From Geosiphon pyriformis uo1 (taxonomy: Eukaryota; Fungi; Glomeromycota), in assembly GCA_016748015.1 (NCBI GenBank), contig JAAOMT010000436.1, positions 1,188,033-1,252,032 on the forward strand: 64,000 nt of DNA. Reading direction: 5' to 3'. Below are positions 28,030 to 39,608 of the stretch, in pieces. The notes beneath the pieces were generated by a model that saw nothing but the letters and a program-made list of their open reading frames with translations, ran no database searches and was not told where the DNA came from. The position numbers and the translations under genes are program-made. The stretch's first letter is position 1. The number at the start of each line of letters is the position of its first letter.

Positions 28030-28255
28030 AATATTATTATTATTTATAAAATAATATAAAAATAAGTAATAGTTAAAATATAGCATAAATTAATTAATAA
28101 CATAATAAAACTTATCAAATTATATAATATCAAAAATTCCAAAAATATTAGAAAAAAGTTCAAGAATTTTAAGAATACTAAAAATTCCAAAATGCCAAAA
28201 ATTTTAGAAAAAATATAAAAATTACTAAAAATTTCTGAATTTTATATTACAAATA
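28030..28255 (+). repeat. dispersed repeat terminus ending TATATTACA, homologous to 50365-50570 in reverse orientation
   Basis: Short AAAATTCCA/AATGCCA/AATACCA-like subrepeats followed by TTTTATATTACA and then a microsatellite in both copies. Confidence 0.55.
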
Positions 28256-28544
28256 CATATATATATATATATATAATAATAAAATTAAAAACAAAAAAAA
28301 CAATTAAGTTTATTAAATTTTTATTAAATAATTTTAATAATTAGAAATTTAATATTTGAAATAAATATTTTTTAATAAATTTATGATTCAATTATTTACT
28401 ATTTAATATTTTATAAAATACTATTTATCTTGTTAAAAACTATTTATATTTATTTAATACAATTAATATCAATTTAATATTATTAAAATAGTATTAAAAC
28501 AAAATTTTTTAAATATAATTATTAATAAAATACTAATTTTTATT

Positions 28545-28546
28545 TA

Positions 28547-28603
<57 letters not shown>

Positions 28604-28604
28604 T
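28545..28604. repeat. (TTA)n microsatellite
   Basis: Direct reading. Confidence 0.9.
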
Positions 28605-30588
28605 TAATTTAAAAAAAATATTAAGATTATAATATTAAAGATTATTTAATAAAAAACACAAAAACAAATATAAAATTAATTTATTAGATTGCTTATTAAA
28701 AGAGTAAAAAACACTAAAATAACTAATTACTATGTTAAAAAAAATTAAATATTAAGTGTTATTAATTATTATTAATAAAATTTTGTCTATTTTACCAAAA
28801 ATTTAATTAATTAAATCTTTTAAATACTCAAACTTTTAGATTTATTAACAAATTTAAAATATTAACTTACAAATTAATAAATTATATAATTTTTTATAAC
28901 AATAGTAATTTTAAAAAATTATTTTACAAAACAAAAAGAATAGAAACAAAAACAATAATAATAAATAACACAAAAAATTTAATAATTTTAAAGTAATAAA
29001 AAATAAAAAATTAGCAAGCTAAATTTTAATAATAATATTTAAAAAAACCTAAAATACAAATTTTATACAAAATAATTTAATATTAAAAACTAACTATATA
29101 TTAATAAAACTATATATAAACTAAAAAACAATCTTAATATAATTTAATTTAATTTTTAAAAAAACTTTAAATAATAAAATAAAAATTAATAATTGTTTTT
29201 AAGTATTATTAAAAATAATATCATTAAAAACAGAAAAAAAAATTTTGTTTTTTATTTAATTAATTTAATTCTTAAATTAAATAATTTAATAAGCCAATTA
29301 TATACAAAATTATAACTTGTTTTACTTTTAAAATCAACAATAATTGATTAAAAACTAATATATTAGACAATATAACCAAAGATTAACATGTTTTTATTGT
29401 TCAAAATAAAAAATTGTTTTTTATTTATAGTTTAATAAAATTAAGTATTATAATTAATATAAATAACATAAAATTAATAAAAAAACAAAAAACTAAATTT
29501 TTATTTTTTATAAAAAAAAAACAGACTTTAAACAATAAAATTCATATTAAAACATTAAAAAAATTTTTAAAATTTTAAAAAAATTGTTATTAGTTATAAT
29601 AAAAATTTAGAAGTTTGTTTTTTAATTGTTTTAATTTTTTAACTATTTAAACAACAATAAAAGATAAAAAAAAATAACTTAATTATTAGTATTTTATTAA
29701 AATAAAATAAAAATCATATTAAAATTGTTTTAAGTAAGTTTTTTTAAAGAAACTTTAAAAAAAAAAGACTTTTAATTAAAAATACAAAATATTATAAATA
29801 TTTTATTAATAAAACTATTATTAATTGCTTTAAAAAACAAAAAAGCTACAACTTTTTTATTTTTTGCTTTAGATGTAATTATAAAAATATAAAATTAAAT
29901 TATAAATATAATTTAAATTATTTTTGCTTAATAATAATTATATTAAAAATTTAAAAATTTGATATTTATTATTATTTATTAAATATGTAGATTTTTATAA
30001 TAAAAATTAATACTGTTTATATGTATATTCAAATTTTTAATGATTTTTTAAAATAATAATGTAAAATTTTCTTGTCAAATTGGTTTTCAATTAAAAAATT
30101 TTTAGAATTCAATTCAATATGAAGTTATATGGGGCACCACGTGGTTGAAATCTCGCAAACAAAGCGTCACTTTATGTCACATAAATAGATCGACATTATT
30201 CGATCGCTAGGTGAGAAATTTTGAAGTCATGGCCAACTTTACAATTTGGGAAATTTGAGTCTAGAAAATGTTGATCATCTTAAAGGGTTTTGTTAAAATT
30301 TTATCGCACACAAGGTACGATCACAAGTTTACAACGTGGCGACTACGTGGCCCATAACGTGATGCTTGGGGAAGGTATTGTACTCAAGAAAGGGACTTCT
30401 AGATTGGGTGAATATAACAGATATGCAGAGAAATTGCCATGTTGTCTCACATACATCTTTGTTGGTTAGCAAAGTTTAGCCACTAGAATATTATCATTAG
30501 ACTCACTTTATCCCGAAGCTATTTCTGCTGAAGAATTGGATTGTTTTTCGGGAACCCAATTTTCCTTTTCTAGTGTTTCTCTGAACAA

Positions 30589-32157
30589 ATGGCCGCACCT
30601 GCTGCATATTTTGAAATTTTACACGAGCTCAATCGTGAGGTCGCTCGAGCTCAACCAAAAGATGTACACCAGTTTTGTGCCAACTATTTTAATAAAAAGC
30701 TAGAAGAACAAAGAGCTTTAATGTTAGGAAACGGTACGTGGTTTTTGAATGAGGTGTAACCAAAAGCAATCCAATAAGCTGCCACTATTAGATTAATCGA
30801 TGTGATGTGAATGAAATACATTTTATCGTGAATAAGAACAGTTTTTTGTTTTGCAAGCCTAAAGAGGGGTGCGTGCTATCTCCGGACTAATACTATGAAT
30901 AATACCAATTTCAAAGAAAAGCTCACTCAATTTCTACTCTTAAGAGATATGATATTTCAAATTTTAAAGTACCCCCATTATTATTTTTAATACAGCTAAA
31001 GGGGTTTCAGGGCTTACCTTTATCAATCCTTCAATGAATGGCACACTAGATTATTACTCTTCAAAAGCATCTGGAGCAAGTACACCCACAACAGATTACT
31101 TTCCTGATTCTGAAGAAGAGTTATATGACGATGAACCCGGCGATCTTCCTGCAATCCCTATAAATTATAATCGAGGACGTCGCACATCTGTGAGCGCTGA
31201 ATCAATGGCACCTAGTCAAGACAAAGACTATGTTAAAACTGTGATTCCTAAAACTGAAGAGCAACGACAACGAATAGAAGCATCCATTGCTAACAACTTT
31301 TTATTTAAAAATCTTGATGAAGAACAGTATAAAGATGTGATTGATGCAATGGTAGAGAAAAGAGTTGAAAAAGGAGAAGAAGTAATTAGACAAGGTGGCA
31401 TAGGAGATTTTTTCTATGTCGTTGAGACTGGTTCATTCAATGTTTATGTATCCAAAAATGGGGCTCCTCCAGAAAGAGTACATGACTATGGATCAGGTGG
31501 TAGTTTTGGAGAGTTGGCTTTGATGTATAACGCACCACGTGCCGCTACCGTAGTCGCTACATCATATTCCGTTTTATGGGCATTGGATAGAATTACTTTT
31601 AGGCGCATTTTGATGGAAAATACCTCTCGAAAACGTCGAATGTACGAATCATTCTTGGAAGAGGTTCCAATTCTGGTCTCATTGGAACCTTATGAACGTC
31701 ATAAGATTGCTGATGCCTTAGAATCTTTATATTATGAGAGTGATGAATTGGTGATCAAACAAGGCGACATTGGTAATAGTTTTTATCTCATAGAATCTGG
31801 CGAAGCTCGCGTATCAAAATTCGATGAAGATAACGTAGAGCATGAGCTACCAGGATTGAAAAAAGGCGATTACTTTGGAGGTAATTAAAATTTTACTTAA
31901 ACCATAAAATATTAAAGTATGATGACACATTTATTTAAATAATTAACCGAGTATTTGAAATTTATTTATTTATTTATTTGATAGAACTTGCTCTTCTCAA
32001 TAATAGCCCTCGAGCTGTAAACATTCGTGCCAAAGGTCGGCTAAAGGTTGCAACATTAGGCAAGAAAGCTTTTGTTCGATTGCTAGGCCCAGTTGTCGAT
32101 ATTTTGAAGCGCAACAGCGATAATTACGAAACCATTACCCGCAATGTTCAACAATAG
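30589..32157 (+). CDS. BCY1: cAMP-dependent protein kinase regulatory subunit
   Basis: N-terminal dimerisation/docking exon (ELNREVARAQPKDVHQFCANYF), inhibitory site RGRRTSVSAES, two cNMP domains with FGELALMYNAPRAAT and YFG|ELALLNNSPRA. Confidence 0.96.
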
Positions 32158-32887
32158 AATTACTTCCATTTCATATTTTTGTAAGTTTTTCATTTCATAT
32201 GCAATTATTTTTATTCAGAATCAAAAGGGATCCTTTATAATTTTACTTAATCTTATTTTCCTAGATTTTTGATCTTCATCCGGACCTTCGCTAGATATAT
32301 TCGTAATTATTGTTTTTTTGATTGCAATCTGTAGACTTTTGTATTTAAAATGCAAGAAGGCGACAATGTTGCTTTTAGTGAAGGGACGGCATTTGTATGT
32401 AGTAGACATCTTTTAAACTTAGAGTTTTTATCCGGAAATTAGACCAAAAAAATCATCATGAAACGAAAAGTAGATCAATATACGCAAATATTTCGATTGA
32501 ATGTTTTCGTTCATTTCCCAACTTAACTAGTTTTCGTATATATAAACATACCCAAAATTTCATCAATAATTGTTTCTTTTTTTTATTACATCATGCAATA
32601 TTAGTTCAGTCAATAAACAATTTTTTTTAGGCAATTTGAACTAGAGAAATGGAGTATTTGTGTTCACTGAAAGAAATCGCAACTCATGGACCCAGTCCAG
32701 TGCTGAGCGATTTATGCCAACGCTATCAAAGACAATAGTACACGTGGCAGCATTTTTAGTTATTAGCATTTTCTAATCACTTTATCAAGAATCTGAGTGA
32801 TTTCTAAATTCATATAAATTCCTCGATTCCAGCCATTATTCCTAGGTTCGAAAATTTCCCCACTCTTTTCTAGTCTATTATTACCAC

Positions 32888-33951
32888 ATGAATGTTTTTC
32901 GTCTTTGCGCGGATTTGATGCACTTGGCATCTATCTTCATACTCTTATTAAAAATACAAAAGACAAGGTCATGTAGTGGTAGGTTCTTTTCGAATTTGAA
33001 TTGTTTTAACGAGAGTATGTCGCGTCAGTATATGTTTCATGAATTATGAGGAGATTCTAAGCCACTAGCCTTCATAGGAAACCTTGACATTTACTTGTAC
33101 TTTTAAATTGATCGTTTTATTGACTATCAAATGATTCCTGCGAGTCTTCAGTCATAAACTTCAAATTTATATTTGATCCACCTTATCGTGATTTACACTG
33201 ACTTTTTTTAAATCTGTAATAGGTATTTCATTCAAAACACAACTGCTTTATGCAGTCGTTTTTCTTACGCGATATCTTGACCTGTTTCTCTACATCGTAT
33301 CTCCGTATAACACTGTGATGAAAATATTTTTCATTGGCTCTTCGCTCTATATTTTATACTTGATGAAGTTAAAGTTTCGAGCAACTTATGACCCGAATCT
33401 GGACACATTTCGCTCAGAATACTTGCTGGTTGGCAGTTTTGTATTGGCATTGTTGTTTCATCACAAGTTCGGAGTGACGGAGGTGGATGCATTTGACCAT
33501 GCTTTTTTCAAGCGTCTTTGTTTTTGATCTAGAAAATACACGTTTTATTAAACCAGGAGCTTTTCCTTTGGGTTCCTCATAGATCCTTTGGACCTTTTCA
33601 ATTTATCTTGAATCAGTTGCAATTCTTCCTCAATTATTTATGCTAACTCGAACCGGCGAAGCCGAGACTATTACAACCCATTATTTGTTTGCGTTGGGTG
33701 CATACCGTGCTCTCTATCTATTGAACTGGATTTACCGGTACAAAACTGAAGGGCACGTAGAATACATTACGTGGGCTGCGGGTCTTTTACAAACCGCATT
33801 GTACAGCGATTTCTTTTATATTTATTATTCAAAGTGAGTTAAAAATTACTAATTCATTAAATTTTTACCAATTCTAATGAACCTAATTCTTAATTCAATA
33901 TTTTTTGTGCTCAGAGTATTGCACGGCAAAAAATTCAAGCTTCCTCAGTAA
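32888..33951 (+). CDS. ERD2: ER lumen protein retaining (KDEL/HDEL) receptor
   Basis: [23 protein letters not shown]...[22 protein letters not shown]...[34 protein letters not shown]...[11 protein letters not shown]. Confidence 0.97.
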
Positions 33952-34449
33952 GTTATATTTACATCCGAGCTTTAATTTCTTTTATTACTAGTATGATTCG
34001 TTGACTCTTAAAACTTTTTTGTTTCAGCGGAGTGGTATGATTTGTGAGATTGCCAAAGACTTAATTTCTTAACTCTACAAATATTCATTTTAAATATCAA
34101 ATTGGACATTCAACCTTTTTACGTGGTGGGGTGCTGCGACATGAATGGCTCTGAATTACCGATTAACGAAATCTTGATTTCCTCGATTTGCAAACTAATA
34201 AATTTTATTGTGGAACTTATAATACATTTTACCTAATACGATACTATTTAACATAGAGATTTAAGTAGAATAGCGCGATTATTGTCAAATAATTTCTAGT
34301 GATTGAATGATCAAAATAAAGATTACATCAATGGTAGAACCAGATGTAACGTCATTTTTCCGTCATGATGACGGTTCTCATAGTCGCCAAGTTTTTCACA
34401 GTGGGAAAGTATAAAGGTTGTAAAAAAAAGTGAATTAATTTCAGCTAAA

Positions 34450-34902
34450 ATGTCTCAGGCTTTAAAATTTAGGCGGCAAACCTTCCGGATCACTCCAAAT
34501 GTTACTCACCATAGATTCTACGGGACTAAAGGATACGGCTCAGTAACCCAACCCGAAGCCATGCCTTCAGCCTCGCAATCACCTTCAGAGCATGCCGACC
34601 AGCGCCAACCTCCATCAAATAATGTGTCTGGTAATTCTGCGAACAAGGGAAGAGAAAGTGAAGAATCATCCAAGGGGCCAATTGTCGGTCAAGAACGTGA
34701 TCCGGATGATGTACCAACTCCATACGATAGCCAGGCTCCAACTGCATGTAAGTTTATCAGTTATATGAAGATAATAAAAATCAATCAAATTAAACCCCAT
34801 TTTTTCAATTTGAAAATTATAGCCGAGTCCACGGAACCCTCTAAAGTTTTTGACCCGGATCAACAGCGATTCGTGCCTGTTGATGAAGAGCGTTACCAGT
34901 GA
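34450..34902 (+). CDS. small hypothetical protein with possible mitochondrial presequence; probable 75-nt intron at 34748-34822
   Basis: Arg-rich, acid-free N-terminus (MSQALKFRRQTFRITPNVTHHRFY), hydrophilic body, GTAAGT...TAG in-frame intron, TATAAA upstream at about 34410. Confidence 0.6.
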   Translation: MSQALKFRRQTFRITPNVTHHRFYGTKGYGSVTQPEAMPSASQSPSEHADQRQPPSNNVSGNSANKGRESEESSKGPIVGQERDPDDVPTPYDSQAPTACKFISYMKIIKINQIKPHFFNLKIIAESTEPSKVFDPDQQRFVPVDEERYQ

Positions 34903-35100
34903 TTTTGTGCTTGAAAATCTTAAATACAACTCTGATAATCAAATTTATGAAAAAGTCTTGACTTGTATTAATAGTATTCTTGAAAAAATTAATGAGTGTA
35001 ATTTACACTTATCAGCCTTTGTCTACTTTAGACCATTTTGAACATACCCCACCGAAAGCTAATGAGTTTATGTGAGGTTTATTAAGTTTTTTACTTTAAC

Positions 35101-37775
35101 ATGGCGTTTAATCCAGGCATTCTTAGTCGGAATAATTTCTTAAATTTACTACTCTCATCAAATCCTTTAGTCGCCCGATAGACAATGCAGAGCGTAGCAA
35201 TCAAAAAAGAAAAAACCAAAGTTCTTTTGATCGCTTGTTTTTATGTCGGCTCTTTAGAATTGCTCGTGTACTCTTTTCATCAACGAATCCCGAAGGGAAC
35301 ATTTTTTGGGTTTTCATGATTTTCATAGGGATTAGTTGCGTGAAAGAGATTACTGTCTACTATGCTGGAACCGTCCCTAGCAGATTCTTTGTAGCTTTAG
35401 TCGGGCAAGATTGGGAGACGTTCAAATCTGTAGTTGCTTTATCACTTGCTATAGTCCTGGGTGGTGCTTTAGTGAGTTGTCCAATTGGGGTTGCCTTTCT
35501 ACTTGTGAACCACAATATAATCCCAGAAATTACATTCTACAGGGAAATAGCATGGTCAAATATATGGGAGGCGTTTTTGCACTAGCAATACGTAGAATTT
35601 TGACAAGTTATCTCCACCACCACTATGTTCACCCAAAGACTTTTTACCGCCTATTGACAAATCTTACTGATATTGATAACCCGTAAATAGAAATAATTCT
35701 ATTAAATATTTGATGTTTGGAATAATATCTATAATTTTTACTTGCCATAATCTTCCTCACTTCAAATTAATAGGGATCAACGAATCACTCAAGATATCGA
35801 CAAATTTTCCCAGACCCTCCGAGATATTTTTGAACACATTTTGATCTCCCCTATTCTTATTACGTATTACACCTACAAATGTTGGGCAGTTTCAGGCTAT
35901 ATGGGGCCCCTGCTGATTTATATTTATTTCATAGTTGGCACAATTGTCACGCACTTTTTTATTGCCCCAATTGTGAACTTGGTGTTCAGGAAAGAATACT
36001 ACGAAGGAAATTTCAGGTGAGTTTTCATTACATCAACCTTTTAAAATGATTATCTGCAATCATTGTATTCATCTAAACACTAATATATATATTCTAATCT
36101 TTGATCTATTTTAGATATTTACACGTTAGAATACGTCAATTTGCTGAGTCAATTGCTTTCAGCCGGGGAGAGCATGCAGAGGCTCAGCGATTAGATTCCT
36201 ATCTCCAATATCTTTTGTGTTATCAAAGACGCATAATCGATAAAGAATTGTCTCTGCAAGGTAAATTTTTACATGTTAAATTCCCATGTCATCAGAGATA
36301 CTAATTTTATACATTATTATTGTTAAAACATACCCTTCACCTAGTGATAACTGAATCCTTTTCTTATTTTGGCTCCGTTTTAAGCTATCTCATCATCGCT
36401 GTTCCCATATTTAACAAAAAATATGAGGGTATCGGAAAAGATGAACTTAGTGGAATAATAAGCCTGGTATGTCTGATACGATGTATGAAATATATTCGAG
36501 GATAATTTTTTATTAGCGTTAATGGTCAAGATTATATAGTATTAAGAATATTCTGTTTATTCTAATTCTCTAATTTTTGCTGTTCCCATTGGGTTTCTTA
36601 GAATGCATTCTTTTCAATGTATCTTATATATCGGTTTACCATTATTGTCCAACAATCGGTTAAATTATCCGATTTGGCAGGCTATACAGCTCGCATAGGG
36701 CAAATTTGTGAAGCGGTAGCGGACATCAATCAAAATCTTAAAGACCCAGATAATGAGGCTGCTTTCGAAGAGTCGTTCAGGTAAAAAGATATTTCATTCT
36801 CTATAATTTTTATTTTAAATGTACACTAATTTCATTTTTTATGAGATTTGTTTTTTCTATGAAACAGCCTTGATAATGGGAAATTGTCGATAGCATTTCA
36901 ACAAGTCTCCATATGTTCTCCTAATGGTAATCTTTTGCTCTCAGATTTAGACCTAATTATTGAGCAAGGGAAAAGCACTATTATTTTTGGACCAAATGGA
37001 AGTGGAAAAACATCTATATTTCGCGTGCTCTGTAATCTCTGGCCCCCAATGAAGGGACATTTAATGTTTTCATGCAATAATGCCCGTCAAAGGACTCTCT
37101 TATTTTTGCCTCAAACACCATATTTATGTTTCGGATCTTTGCGCGACCAGATTACATATCCGCTCTTAAATTTTGATAAAGTAACTCTCACAGGTTTTTT
37201 ACAAATTTATTTTCCCATTTCGTCATTGAAGTTACTAGCAATTTGAAGCTTAATTACTATATCACTCCTTATAATGCTCTGGACGAAGCCACTGACGAAG
37301 AAATAAGAAGATATTTAGGTATGGCTAATTTATTGCATATCGAAAATGTTGTAAAGAATTTTGATGCACAATATGGAGAAGATTGGGATAAAATCTTGAC
37401 TCCTGGAGAGCAACAAAAATTAGCATTCGCTCGATTATTTTTCTGGAAGCCGGTTTTTGCAGGTAATACGTTGAAAAATATTCCTTGAAATAATTAATCG
37501 ATAGCTTATTATTTTCTCTCAAAATTTTTATAACAGCGCTAGATGAAGCAACAAGTGCTTTGGATCCTGAGACAGAATATTTGTTCTTTGAAACCTGCAA
37601 GGAACTTGGTATTACTTGCATCACGATTTCTCACAACAAGAATTTATTGCGATATCACAAAAAGCTACTCTTACTGGATGGCAAAGGGCGATACGCAACT
37701 ACTGATATTGAGAATAGTAATTCTAATGATACTGAAATGTGGATCGAGGAACGCTCAACACTGAACAATAAGTAA
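35101..37775 (+). CDS. ABC half-transporter subfamily D, ABCD4-like (start codon uncertain)
   Basis: FDRLFLCRLFRI; IDNP|DQRITQDIDKF; EGNFR|YLHVRIRQFAESIAF (EAA motif); Walker A GPNGSGKTS; FLPQTPYLCFGSLRDQITYP; signature LTPGEQQKLAFAR; LDEATSALD. Confidence 0.85.
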
Positions 37776-38193
37776 TTATACCAAAGGCTGGGGATATTTA
37801 GAGTAGCACCGAAAGATTTGGGAAACATTACTTGCCAAAAGAACATGGGTTCCGCTCAAATTATGTCAAAATATCCGTCATAAATTATGAAATGTAAAAT
37901 GTAGGAAATTTGCCAGTCAAATCACATTCGGTTTAATTTCATGTCTTCAAGGCACCGGATGACTATTCCGACTAAAAATTTGACTACTCGAAATTAGGTA
38001 TGATCGGAATGTGGGAATTTCTTATACAAGATAAAAGTCTTACGTTTTCCTAGCGGCCTTTGTTGACTATTTGCTATAACCAATTCGTAAGAAGTAAATA
38101 GTAAAACCTCCAGGGCGGAATATATAAGGTAAAAAACCGTTTTGCAATTCCAGTTGTAAATTCACCTTATCTATTCCACAAGTTGAGAGTAAT

Positions 38194-39446
38194 CTATGAG
38201 TTGGATAGGACATTGAGTATCACTTTACCGACACTCTTGCCTGATTGAATCAATTTGATTGCATCCGGAGCATCTTCGAATGAAAACACATGACCAACAA
38301 ATGGTGGGTCTAAGTTCAATGATGCTAGACCTTCAAAAATCTGATTGAGAACTTCTTCTTTATGAAACAGATGAATTAAATTGAATCCAAGAATCTAAAA
38401 AATAATAAGGAGTGAATAATAATCATAGCGAATGAATGCGTATTTAGTTATTCAGAACATCCCATTGCTTACTGCTTTATTACTAGTGATCAATTCAAAT
38501 GCGTCAACTTTTTGTCGCCAAATATATGCCCAAGCCAATTTAATCCAAGAAAATATATTCCAGAATGGGTGCAAATTACCAGTTGGGGTAAAACTTCCCG
38601 CCCCAACTAATATTAATCTGCCCTGATTTCTCAGTAGATTATAATTTGGCCAGAACCAATCACCCATTACACTATCTAAAACAATGTCCACACCATCTTC
38701 TCCAAGTTTATTAAGTTCATGTCTTGCACGGCTTTCGAAACTATAAGCAGGATGACGAAGAATGAACGTAAAATTTGGATTTTCACCATATTTGCCATTC
38801 AAGACATCTAGTTTCAATTGATTACCGACTGTCCCAATAATTTTGGCATTTTTCTTTTCAAGAATTGCAAGAGCCGACATCCCAACCCCACCAGCCGCTG
38901 AATGAACTAATATAGTTTGCTGTGGTTTTAATCCACCAAGTTCTTCTAAAGCATAAAAAGCAGTCATTGCTTGCGCCTAAATTTAGTAATAAAAGGTACT
39001 TTGAGATTAGAGATATTTAACGGCTTCTCATTGACAATTATTTAATAAAAGCTTACCACAAACGCGCAACCTTCTTGATAAGTCCAGCTCTGAGGGATCT
39101 GCTTGACATAAGTTGTTTTCACATTGACATAGGTTGAATAGGCTCCAAACCGCATTACTGCATATACCCTTTTCTCTAACCACTCTTTTTTATCCACGTG
39201 TTCACCAACTGCTTCAATGATGCCAGAAACTTCAAATCCAGGAATAAATTTTTCCTTTGGAGTAGCTGAATATACCCCCAAAATAGCGAAAACATCTGCA
39301 AAATTTAAACCAACACAATGCACTTTAATTTGAACATGGTGCGGGGGTGGTGGAGGCAATAAATCATTTTCGTAATGTAAATTGGCTAAAGATCCAGTAT
39401 GTGAAATTGCCCAAACTTTGCGTGGGCGAAGTTGTGACTGACTCAT
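38194..39446 (-). CDS. MDR-family NADPH:quinone oxidoreductase, VAT-1-like
   Basis: VGLNFADV...PGFEVSGIIEAVG; LVHSAAGGVG; last exon ILGFNLIHL...QSGKSVGKVILNVLSNS*. Confidence 0.88.
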
Positions 39447-39608
39447 TGGCTTCACGAAATAAAAACAGTCTTAAAAATATTTTGAGTGTACTAAAAATAA
39501 TCTTAATTATTACTGCAAGATCATCTGATAACTTTGTTGACTTTAAATAATGCAATAGCTGAAGCTCTCATCATTACAGAGGTTATTTTTTTCAAACCTA
39601 TTCGCGAG

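Larger units (their letters stand above)
15850..30100. other. AT-rich block of nested, hypermutated transposon remnants
   Basis: Abrupt fall in GC, near absence of CpG, no long ORFs, recognisable decayed LINE and LTR motifs; boundaries approximate. Confidence 0.85.

Noticed and set aside
15850-30100. Mitochondrial insertion or Mollicutes endosymbiont DNA as the source of the AT richness
   Set aside because: No organellar or bacterial gene motifs seen; the recognisable relics are retroelements with transition damage
33130-33200. Possible C/D snoRNA in ERD2 intron 1 (ATGATT...CTGA)
   Set aside because: Imperfect C box, no terminal stem and no rRNA guide that I could identify
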